From: Octopus vulgaris
Taxonomy: Eukaryota
DNA length: 64,000 nt
Reading direction: 5' to 3'
NCBI GenBank assembly: GCA_951406725.2
Contig: OX597814.1
Coordinates: forward strand, 7,006,001-7,070,000
Numbering within the stretch: the first letter of the stretch is position 1; each line of letters starts with the position of its first letter. Position numbers and translations under genes: made by a program. Positions 13,031 to 24,393 of the stretch are shown piece by piece. The notes under the pieces were generated by a model that ran no database searches, was not told where the DNA came from, and saw nothing but the letters and a program-made list of their open reading frames with translations.

Positions 13031-13352
13031 TTAACAGAGGAATTGTGCTGTGTGATGGGGTGTGGTGTGTGATGGGGTGTGGTGTGTGTGTGTGTTGATG
13101 GGATGGCTATCATCGGTCAACACAAAGCAATCATTGTGTGCGCACATGTGTGTGTGTGCGTCTGTGTGTACATGCACACACATACACACATGTGTATTTC
13201 TATTTTGAATGAAGCAGAATTGATCTTTCGACCAGAATCCAGTCTTGTTCACTCATCCTTTCTGATAAGTGGACATGTTACAGAATTCAGAAGAATTTCA
13301 AAAACCTGACATGCTGATTCTTGATAAATGACATCTGACTTTGTAATGAATT

Positions 13353-13770
13353 TGTAACAGGATCTGGAATCGGTATCACTGGAGGGGTGTCCGATCCGAT
13401 CCTGTCACATTCAATTTTAGTTAAATATAACAGACGAAGTCAGGTTATCTGGGAAAAGACAGCAAATGTTGTTTATTACTCGTGAGGATGTAGATCTGGT
13501 GTATGTATTTCTGAGGGGAACCGACAGCTGAATCTGTTGTACCGCTTCTTGTTGGTTGGTTGAAGTGGTTCGATGTGGTCCGTTGCTAAGTCGGTGCGTA
13601 GTTCTCAGAGACTACCAAATGCACGTCTGTTCACGAGGGCTGCTGGGGCCAGAGAGGCTGAGTGAGTGGACGGTGTTTTAGGGGTCAGTTTCTCGCACAT
13701 GCGCATGGGGAAGACTTCCGGTGGCCACCCGGAAGTAATCCCATTCTGCGCATGCGTGCTGAACCTTACA
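13353..13770 (-). mobile_element. Solo-LTR-like element
   Basis: TGTAA...TTACA termini, about 420 bp, GC/CpG-rich relative to its flanks, AATAAA on the minus strand near 13472; no TSD found. Confidence 0.6.
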
Positions 13771-14128
13771 CAGCAGCATCACTACAAATTTGTCCTGGAA
13801 TAAATTTGTTCCATATTTCACTCAAATTCATTTCTCTGGATATACTTAGTGGCCTAATTAATTTAATTGAATTCTCATTAAGCAGTTAATGATTATTATG
13901 TTAATATGTCAACAGGTGTACAGAGATGCTGACTTGTGACACACCTTCAGTTCTACAGCCAGCATCTTTTCAGTTCTGATTACAAATGCTGCTGATGTTC
14001 CATTCAGCCAAGTGCAGTCTGTACACCCCACCCCACCCTCCGTTTGGCCAGGAGCCATCACAGCAACCACACAGCCCAGCAGCCAGGCACTGCCATCAGT
14101 TTTATCAGCATCCATTGCTACTAGAAAT

Positions 14129-14334
14129 TCTTTATCTTTATCTTTTATCTTTTACTTGTTTCAGTCATTTGACTGCGGCCATGCTGGAGCACCGCCTTTA
14201 GTCGACCAAATCGACCCCGGGACTTATTCTTTTGTAAGCCCAGTACTTATTCTATCAGTCTCTTTCACCGAACCGCTAAGTGACGGGGACATAAACACAC
14301 CAGCATCGGTTGTCAAGCGATGCTAGGGGGACAA

Positions 14335-14398
<64 letters not shown>

Positions 14399-14561
14399 GA
14401 CGGGCTTCTTTCAGTTTCCGTCTATCAAATCCACTCAGAAGGCTTTGGTCGGCCCGAGGCTATAGTAGAAGACACTTGCCCAAGGTGCCATGCAGTGGGA
14501 CTGAACCCGGAACCATGTGGTTGGTAAGCAAGCTACTTACCACACAGCCACTCCTGTGCCT
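14129..14561 (-). mobile_element. tRNA-derived SINE family A
   Basis: Head aggcacaggagtggctgtgtggtaag...gggttcagtccc, internal (TA)/(TG) microsatellite, gaaacaagtaaaag tail. Confidence 0.92.
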
Positions 14562-14899
14562 TTTCTTCCGACTTTTCTACACAAGCTATCCTCTTCCAAC
14601 ACAACATTAACTGGAAACCCACATCTACATATGCAGACTGTATTTCATGTGCAAACATTAATCGTATTTACACATAGATGTATTCACACTCATATACACA
14701 CATGCACATACACACACGCACACACATGTATGTGTACCCTATCAACATAGAATGCCATGTTGACTTTTATTCAAATTTCTTTGGTTATTGTTTGTTGGTG
14801 ATTTGTTGGAAAACCGTTTCCTTTTACATCATCAACATTATTCTGCTGCAGTCTTGGCTGACTGTTAAATTCCTTGCTTGTCCTAACTAAAAAAATAGA

Positions 14900-15180
14900 T
14901 ACTCTCCATTCTGTTGTGTCTGGGGAGAGTCATTTTCTTTTTGTGCCTTATAATGTAACACACTCACCGGTAAAATTTCCACTTATTCTTATTTTTATCT
15001 TCCTAAAATTTGTACATGGAGATCAAAAAGGTGTTCAGTGTTGTTGTCGGTGAGGTGGTTGATAACTTTGTGGGTGTTTACCAAGTCCATCGCCAGACGC
15101 CGGAGTGTTTTCTCAGCATGTGAAGGATGTCATATATAAAAATACTCTGCTGAAGAATTACTGAAGTAGTGTCTGTGTGT

Positions 15181-15257
<77 letters not shown>

Positions 15258-15875
15258 TACTAATATAGAATGAATTTTTTTACAGAAAAAAATTTCATCA
15301 AAAAAGTGGCAGTATATTAAAATACCTTTAAAGGCTAAAATTATAAACAACTTATAAACAACAGCAAAAGGTTCCTTTCCTAAAATTTTCGTTGTGTCTT
15401 GCAACCTTTTCATGATGCAATGAAAATTTTAGGACAATAAAAATAAGAAATAAATGGAAATTTTACCAGTGAGTATATTACATTATAAGGCACAAAAAGA
15501 AAATGACTCTCCCCAGACACAAGAGAATATGCTTCAACACACGAACTCACATAAAGAATCTTGCAAACCCAATCCAAAAACGAAATATATATATAACATT
15601 TACAATATGAATTACAATGAGAAAGATATGGTATACAATTTTTTTGTGCAGGGGTTTCCTTGAGACATGAAATTATTTGAAAAGGTTGCAAGATGCAACG
15701 AAAATTTTAGGAAAATAAAAATAAGAAAAAAAGTGAAAATTTTACCGGTGAGTGTGTTACATTATAAGGCACAAAAAGAAAATGACTCTCCCCAGACACA
15801 ACAAAATATGCTTCAACACACGAACTCATATAAAGAATCTTGCAAACCAAATCCAAAAACGAAATACTCTCCATT
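14900..15875. mobile_element. Inverted and tandem cluster of a non-autonomous DNA-element module
   Basis: One reverse unit (14905-15410) and two forward units (about 15415-15670 and 15690-15875); shares gagaaagatatggtat...gtgcaggggt..ttgagacatg with the hAT-like end at 18008-18060. Confidence 0.7.
15012..15376 (-). pseudogene. Spliced (processed) local copy of 10677-11350
   Basis: Matches 10677-10772 joined to 11117-11350; the missing 10773-11116 reads GTGAGA...CTGAAG on the minus strand; 12-bp TSD ttcctaaaattt. Confidence 0.8.
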
Positions 15876-16075
15876 GTTTTTACTTTAATCTCGGCCAAAT
15901 TACTCTGCATTTCGTCATCTACGTTGACTGGGCCCATAGTTTCCACAACTTCAACAATCCTGTCATTACTGGAGCCCTTTGCATTTGTAATTCCTCTAAT
16001 TTACATCGTTCACAGTTATTACTTCTCCGTCTGCCGCTGTTACTTTGTCAGATTTTGATATCAGCATACAGCAGT

Positions 16076-16107
<32 letters not shown>

Positions 16108-16443
16108 AGGTGGTGGTGGTGGTGGTGGTGGTGGTGGTGGTGGTGGTGGTGGTGGTGGTGGTGGTGGTCTCCTCATACACCGAACCTTTTCTGTCCCTTT
16201 TTGCAGATCAGTGTTTTTCAACTGGGGCTCCCCGGAACCCTAGCATTCCGCAAAAAATTCCTAGGGGTTCTGCGAGAAAGAGTGAGATAAGCTCATGCTA
16301 ATTTCATGAGTGTAATATCACAGCTTATTATTGTAATATTGGAATATAGACATCATCCTATCTAACCTGTTATGTTATCGAAAAAATATTACAACCATTG
16401 GGGATATATTTAGTGATGTCTGTAATATATGGGCACCCTATAT

Positions 16444-16914
<471 letters not shown>

Positions 16915-17605
16915 TTTTCCATGCTGGCATGGGTTGGACGGTTTGACTAAGGACTGGTAAACCAGAGGCTGCACAAGGCCTCAATCTGATCTGGCAAAGT
17001 TTCTACAGCTGGATGCCATTCCTAATGCCAACCACTCTGAGAGTGTAGTGAGTGCTTTTTATGGGCCACCGGCATGAAGGCCAGTCAGGCAGTTCTGGCA
17101 ATGACCACACCCAAAATGTATTTTTACATGTTACCTGCACAGGAGCCAGTCTGGTGGCACTGGCAATGGCCACGCTTAAATGTTGCGTTTCACATGCCAC
17201 CGACACGTGTGCCGGTAAGGTGACGCTGGCAATGATCACACTCGAATGGTGCTTTTCACGTATCCCCAGCACAGGAGCCAATCTGTGGCTCTGGCAATGA
17301 TCATGCTGTCAATGTGCTTTTAATGTTCCACTGACATGAGTGCCAATCAGGTGGTACTCTCATCGGCCACGTCAGCGATTTTGATTTCACTTGCCTCAAT
17401 AGGTCTTTGCAAGCAAGGTTTATTGTCCAATGAACGAGGGGTATTCAGAAATGGGCTGGTTACATCCACTGGCATAGGCCATGGGCCATGGTCTCACTTG
17501 GTTTGTCGGGTCTTCTCAAGCACAGCATATCTCCAAAGGTCCTGGTTGTTAGTGATTGCCTCGGTAAGGCCTAATGTTCGAAAGTCGTGATTCACCACCT
17601 CATCC
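16915..17605 (-). mobile_element. 5'-truncated RTE LINE (ORF end plus 3' UTR)
   Basis: Reverse complement of the 6440-7140 arrangement. Confidence 0.9.
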
Positions 17606-17611
17606 CGAGTC

Positions 17612-17892
17612 AGCACCGCCCCGACTGGCTTCTGTGCAGGTGGCACATAAAAAGCACCAACCGACCGTGGCCGATGCCAGACCCCTCTGGCACCTGTGCA
17701 GGTGGCACGTAAAAAGCACCCACTACACTCGCGGAGTGGTTGGCGTTAGGAAGGGCATCCAGCTGTAGAAACACTGCCAGACCAGACTGGAGCCTGGGGC
17801 AGCCCCTGGCTCCCCAGACCCCGGTCGAAACCGTCCAACCCGTGCTAGCGCGGAAAATGGATGTTAAACGATGATGATGATGATGATGATGA

Positions 17893-17895
<3 letters not shown>
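17612..17895 (+). mobile_element. RTE-LINE 3' end (family D)
   Basis: 2 hairpin units, D core, (gat)n then (TA)n. Confidence 0.9.
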
Positions 17896-17936
<41 letters not shown>

Positions 17937-18699
17937 GTGTGTGTGTGTGTGTGTGTGTGCATGTGTATGTGTGTGATATTTACCATGTGAACTATGTTGA
18001 AAAAATATGAGAAAGATATGGTATCTAATTTTTTTTTGTGCAGGGGTTCTTTGAGACATGTAATTTATTTTAAGGGTTACTCAAGGGGAAAAAGGGTTGA
18101 GAAACACTGGTGTTAATATATATATATGAATGACGTTGGAACATTTCCCTAGATGGCCCACTTGTGGAGCAAACATAATTAATGCTGTGTGCCAAAAATG
18201 TTCTATTTTGATTAAAATTGAACTCAGAATGAGAAAAAAGCCGTTAATGACAAAAGTGATTTGTAACAATTTTTGTCATTAGGGAAAAGAGGGAAAACTG
18301 CTAAATTTAAATTTAGAAAAATTAAATAGACATACTATTGAGAGAGAAATTTATCTTTCATATTCATAAACTACAACTACTGACATGTTTCTTTCTTATT
18401 AGACCTCATCAGGGAAATGTAACCTTTACTACATATTAAAACAATTGAGAAAATTCAATTTTATGGTTGGGAATAATTCACTGATTAAGCAATTTAAAAT
18501 AATGGCATTGGATAACTTTCCAATGGTGTCTTCTGAGTGGAAACCATTGGGTTGAACGTTTTGGCTAGTTTAGCTCAGTTGACACTCTTGGTGCACTCAG
18601 TTTCTGATCTTTAGGGGGTTGTGGGTGGGTACAAATCTTCAAATTTTTCTATACCCACTTTGGTCTGGCCACAAACATAATGAAGATGAAGATCGTTGC

Positions 18700-19210
18700 A
18701 CAGGGAACGGGGAACCACCAGCCAACACAAGTGTCATAAGGCTACACAGCAGTGTCCTGGAGACCATGGAGGCTTTCCTATACCTATTTCTTTACTACCT
18801 CTAAACATAGAGGGGACATACAAGGACAGACAGACACATTAAGTCGATTATATCGACCCCAGTGCGTAACTGGTACTTATTTAATTGACCCCGAAAGAAT
18901 GAAAGGCAAAGTCAACCTTGGCGGAATTTGAACTCAGAACGTAAAGGGGGACGAACTATGGCTGCGCATTTTGCCCGGCGTGCTAACGTTTCTGCCAGCT
19001 CACCACCTTTTAGGCTTTCCTGTACCTCGGAAGTTACCTGTCCAGCGATTGCAAGATTGGTGCAGCCTACATGGCTTTTGGAGAACTCTCAAAACTAGTC
19101 TTCCTAAACCACAACCTCACCTTCCAAACAAAAGTCATGGCATTCCAAATTCTTGTCCTTTCCACACTCCACCATGGTTGTGAGATATGGTTGTTGTATA
19201 GCGATGCTCT
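18700..19210 (+). mobile_element. RTE-clade remnant interrupted by a SINE
   Basis: LETMEAF.YL|GSYLSSDCKIGAAYMAFGELSKLVFLNHNLTFQTKVMAFQILVLSTLHHGCEIWLLY. Confidence 0.7.
18783..19008 (-). mobile_element. tRNA-derived SINE family B (Nin/Deu-like central domain)
   Basis: ggtggtgagctggcagaaacgttagc head, gagttcaaattcc B box, gcctttcattctttcggggtcaattaaataagtacc domain; TSD aggctttcct(a/g)tacc. Confidence 0.9.
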
Positions 19211-19262
19211 GAGCCTGATGAATGTTGTAGGTGTTTTCTATGGAATTCCTGACATGTTTGTC

Positions 19263-19325
<63 letters not shown>

Positions 19326-19470
19326 CGTGTAGGTTGTTAGGTGTGAGGGTCAGATTTACTTGATACTCTTTAACATTACTCGTCAGAAAAGAAATGGCTG
19401 TTGTTATTGTTTAACCACGAGCTGGTCATGATTGAGAAGACCTATGATGAAAGACATTCCACTCATAACC

Positions 19471-20312
19471 TATTTCTTTTACTACCCACAAGGGGCTAAA
19501 CACAGAGAGGACAAACAAGGACAAACGGATTAAGTTGATTATATCAACCCCAGTGTGTAACTGGTACTTATTTAACCCCTTACCCGGCAGAAACGAATAT
19601 ATGCGTTTTGACCGAAATCGTTTTTTTCTGTCTCTGGCGAGTTAACTCGTCAAAAGATAGACTCGCCAAAATCGACAGCAAATGAGTTCCTTTGTCTATT
19701 ATAAACTCTTTTTTGACATATATGAGTATATTCGCTCACTTTATACGTCTGGCAGTGACGATTTCTGCCACCTTTCACTTGAGTAAGGCATTGAAGACCG
19801 AGTATGATTTAGTCACCTGGAGACAGTCGAAGGGTTGGAAGGCACATTTTATGAATAGAAGTATTCACTTTGTTTTTATGTTGTTTTTTATACCTTTATA
19901 TTATAACCCCACCATGTCGAGCTCTGATGATGATAGCGATTATGAAGCTTCTCTTGGAGGGTTGGATACATCTGATGAGAGTGAAAGTTCGTCAGAAGAG
20001 TTTTATTCAAGTGAAGAAACTGAAGATGAGGATGAGGTAGATGCAAAGCGGTAATTTAAAATCAATATTATTGAATTAAAATTCATAATAAATAAGGTTT
20101 GAAATATACCTCGAAATCACCATTCAAAACATAGTAAAATAAAACAATTAAAAAATATGTCTGAAAAAATACATTTATTTTCAAAATAATTGTTGGGTAA
20201 GGATGAAAGGCAAAGTCAACCTCGGTGGAATCTGAACTCAGAACGTAACAGCAGACGAAATACCACTAAGCATTTCGCCCGGCATGCTAACGATTCTGCC
20301 AGCTCGCTACCT
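19471..20312 (-). mobile_element. SINE family B split by a piggyBac insertion
   Basis: Halves 19471-19575 and about 20199-20312; 14-bp TSD ttccactcataacc at 19457 and 20313. Confidence 0.88.
19576..20202 (+). mobile_element. Internally deleted piggyBac element
   Basis: TTAA|ccccttacccggca 5' TIR; 3' end tgttgggtaagg; acidic N-terminus MSSSDDDSDYEASL...EDEDEVDAKR typical of piggyBac transposases. Confidence 0.75.
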
Positions 20313-20673
20313 TTCCACTCATAACCATCACCTCCGTCTCTCAGGAACTGTACATCTAAGATGATATTTTCTGATGGGTTGATTTCTTTTTAAGATAGTA
20401 GAATGGAATTTGAGAAATATTTACCAGTTCCCATAATGGCTCTCCCCCACCCCACCCCAGAGGCTGGAAGGGAGATTGCAAATTACACTGAAGCAGCTGT
20501 AAATCCGTTTTTGAGCCAAGTTTACAAATGATCGACGTTCAGTTGGAAAAGTGAGCCTGTGGGTGTGGTGCCCCTGCGTATGCTGTGAGGGAGATGGGAC
20601 ATCGTCATCCAGGGAGACAAGATGAAGAAGATGATAACTGTGCTGTCTGACACTGTTTATAACTGTAGTAGTT

Positions 20674-20674
20674 G

Positions 20675-20711
<37 letters not shown>

Positions 20712-20749
20712 GTTACTACTACTACTACTGTTACTACTACTACTACTGT

Positions 20750-20795
<46 letters not shown>

Positions 20796-20797
20796 GT

Positions 20798-20828
<31 letters not shown>

Positions 20829-20926
20829 GTTACTACTACTACTACTACTGTTACTACTACTACTACTGCTGCTGCTACTACTACTACTACTACTAGTGTT
20901 ACTACTACTACTACTGTTACTACTAT

Positions 20927-20978
<52 letters not shown>

Positions 20979-21266
20979 ACTACTGCTGTTGCTGCTGCTG
21001 CTATTCTGCTGCTGCTACTGCTACTACTGCTACTGTTGCTGCTGCTACTATTACTGCTGCTGCTGCTGCTGCTACTACTACTGTTGCTACTACTGTTACT
21101 ACTACTACTGCTGCTGTTGCTGCTGCTGTTACTACTACTACTACTGCTGCTGCTGCTACTACTACTACTACTACTGTTACTACTACTACTATTACTGCTG
21201 CTGCTACTACTACTACTACTACTACTGTTACTACTACTGTTACTACTACTACTACTGCTGCTGCTG

Positions 21267-21298
<32 letters not shown>

Positions 21299-21329
21299 AC
21301 TACTGCTGCTACTGCTGCTGCTACTACTA

Positions 21330-21368
<39 letters not shown>

Positions 21369-21378
21369 TTGCTGCTGC
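20674..21378. repeat. Compound (TAC/TGC/TGT)n trinucleotide tract
   Basis: Visible directly; source of the poly-T/L/Y/C ORFs. Confidence 0.95.
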
Positions 21379-21682
21379 CTCAACTTATATGTAACAAATC
21401 TATGTTAAAGATAATGTACAGATACGTTGAAGAAGAAGACTTCCTCCAGTGATTATTGATAAAGAACCAGGTTGTAAATGTCATGATTTGATCAATTACT
21501 TATTGGTTTTCTTCCAAATAGAAACCAATTATTAACAATCCTCTTTGATTCGTTCAATGCAGATTTCTTTCCCCCCCCCCCACATTTTTTATTCTCCTGT
21601 TTAAGTCATAAAAAAAAGATAATGTAAAATAGAATGAAACAACTGTGAAAAATTGAAGACAAAAATATAAAAAAAACCTATC

Positions 21683-22124
21683 GGCGCAGGAGTGGCTGTG
21701 TGGTAAGTAGCTTGCTAACCAACCACATGGTTCCGGGTTCAGTCCCACTGCGTGGCATCTTGGGCAAGTGTCTTCTGCTATAGCCCCGGGCCGACCAATG
21801 CCTTGTGAGTGAATTTGGTAGACGGAAACTGAAAAGAAGCCCGTCGTATATATGTATATATATATATATGTGTGTATATGTGTGTATTTGTGTGTCTGTG
21901 TTTGTCCCCCTAGCATTGCTTGACAACCGATGCTGGTGTGTTTACGTCCCCATCTACGTCCCCGTCACTTAGCGGTTCGGCAAAAGACACCGGTAGAATA
22001 AGTACTGGGCTTACAAAAGAATAAGTCCCGGGGTCGAGTTGCTCGACTAAAAAGGCGGTGCTCCAGCATGGCCACAGTCAAATGACTGAAACAAGTAAAA
22101 AAAAAAAAATAAAAAAAAAAGAGT
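21683..22124 (+). mobile_element. SINE family A with ~150-bp flanking duplication
   Basis: Full-length element; 21537-21685 is repeated at 22125-22293. Confidence 0.92.
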
Positions 22125-22612
22125 AATCCTCTTTGATTCGTTCAATGCAGATTTCTCCCCTCCCCCCCCCCCCCCCCCACATTTTTTATTCTCCTGTTTA
22201 AGTCATAAAAAAAAAGATAATGTAAAATAGAATGAAACAACTACAAAAAAATTGAAGACAAAAATAAAAAATAAAAAAAAAAAAGGTATCGGCTGATTGA
22301 TCTTTGAAAGGTAAATCATTAAATCAACAAATATTACAATAAAAATACAAGAGATTTGCAGTGGAAAAACAATTAGGAACTGTCTGAACGTGGAACCGGT
22401 GGCTTTTCCTTGTTTTTGTGTTTTTTATCCGATTTCTTTTTAACTCTTAGTCCTCTCCTGCATTCAAGCTGTTTAACAATTCTCTCACTCAGCAGAAGAA
22501 GGCCTCAATTGTCTACGGTTGACGCAGATCCGAATCAAGACTTAGAAGTTAAGAATTTTAATTTCAAACTAAGCTTGAAATGTTAGGGACAATTCTCTTT
22601 TCTTAATCTTTC

Positions 22613-22741
22613 CCCATCGTCATCATCAACAACAACAACACCAACACCACCACCATCATCATCGTCATCGTCGTCATCGTCATCATCGTCGTCATCATCA
22701 TCATCAGCAGCAGCAGCACCATCACCACCACCACCACCACC

Positions 22742-22773
<32 letters not shown>

Positions 22774-22951
22774 CACCACCACCACCACCATCATCATCGT
22801 CATCGTCGTCATCGTCGTCATCATCATCACCACCATCACCATCACCAACAACAACAACACCAACACCACCACCACCACCACCACCATCATCATCGTCATC
22901 GTCGTCATCGTCATCATCATCCTCATCATCACCACCATCACCATCACCCCC

Positions 22952-22982
<31 letters not shown>

Positions 22983-23205
22983 CCACCACCACCACCATCA
23001 TCATCGTCATCATCGTCATCATCGTCATCATCATCATCATCATCATCATCATCACCACCATCACCATCACCGTCACCCCTCACCACCACCAACAACAACA
23101 ACAACACCACCACCACCACCACCATCATCATCGTCATCGTCATCATCGTCATCATCATCACCATCATCACCATCATCACCACCATCACCATCATCATCAT
23201 CACCA
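22613..23205. repeat. Higher-order (CAT/CGT/CAC/AAC) trinucleotide array at an RTE tail
   Basis: The block order aac-acc-cat/cgt-cac recurs about 5 times; abuts a decayed D tail at 23205-23300. Confidence 0.9.
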
Positions 23206-23464
23206 TTTAACGGCCATTTTCCATGCAGACATGGGTTGGATGGGTTTCACAGGGGCCGGCAGGCTAGAGAGCTGCACCAGACCTCAATTGTCTGCTTTGG
23301 TTATCTCTCTGTACTGTGGCACAACTTTGTGGCACAGTCCAGTTTCACTCTTTTGTGACTATTCATCTCCCACTATTGCTCTCTACTATGGCAAAAGTCT
23401 GTGACACTATTCTGCCATGATTTATTCCTCACCACCTCTGACCATGTGCTATGACACTTCACTT

Positions 23465-23496
<32 letters not shown>

Positions 23497-23716
23497 GCCA
23501 GCTCTGTCTGGCACCTGTGCAGGTGGCACGTAAAAAACACCCACTACACTCGCGGAGTGGTTGGCGTTAGGAAGGGCATCCAGCCGTAGAAACACTGCCA
23601 GATCTGACTGGGCCTGACGAAGCCTTCCAGCTTCACAGACCCCAGTTGACCCGTCCAACCCATGCTAGCATGGAAAGCGGACGCTAAACGATGATGATGA
23701 TGATGATGATGATGAT
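23497..23716 (+). mobile_element. RTE-LINE 3' end (family D)
   Basis: One hairpin unit, core, (gat)n then (TA)n. Confidence 0.9.
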
Positions 23717-23889
23717 ATATATATATATAAACTCTACTTGGAGAAGGAGAAACGAAACGAAACGAATCGAATCGATGCGAGGGCGCTCAGTCATACAATA
23801 GTGTAAAAAATAAAATATATGCATACATGCATACATACATGTACGTACCTACATCTACATGTATATATACATGCATATATAAATATATA

Positions 23890-24351
23890 TACATGAGTAC
23901 AGGACACCACAATTAGGCGTAGAACTCAACGAGAAACAAAAACGAAAAAACAAGCATGGAGCGGACCTTTTTTTTAACAACGAAAGAACTGTGTACAAGA
24001 CAAACTACACAAGGAAAAATCCCCTTCATCAGCTGTCCCTTGTTCAACTCCAGCGTGTTTCGAAGGTGTGGACAGAACACGACTCGTCGAACTAGCCCTT
24101 CCTGCGAAGAAATTAAATAAAATTACTTCGCAGAGGGGTAAAAACAAGGAAAGAAAAGAATGTGACACAAACAGGACGTAAAAACGATACAAATAAAATT
24201 ACAAAATAAAATACAAAATAAAAATACAATTACAAAAAAATACAATACAAGAAATAAAAACAAACAAGAAAACAAACAAAGAGGGCCTTATGGCCTAGAC
24301 GGGGAGAAATTCAAAGAGCGCAAGAACCGTGTGTTTACAGTTGAGAGGCCG

Positions 24352-24355
<4 letters not shown>
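23890..24355. repeat. Unclassified dispersed repeat, related to 41580-41800
   Basis: Shares a cat(g/atgg)gtacag start and a cccttcatc(a/t)gctg motif with the 41.6-kb piece; CpG-rich; (TA)n flanks. Confidence 0.4.
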
Positions 24356-24392
<37 letters not shown>

Positions 24393-24393
24393 G

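Noticed and set aside
13909-14128. Possible exon (…VPFSQVQSVHPTPPSVWPGAIT…)
   Set aside because: In-frame stop after the best acceptor, no donor before the SINE, no recognisable homology
19692-20054. 120-aa acidic ORF as a cellular gene
   Set aside because: It lies inside piggyBac TIRs and is a truncated transposase N-terminus
24015-24075. Type II hammerhead (GAAA...CTGATGA) on the minus strand
   Set aside because: Stems II and III do not pair convincingly
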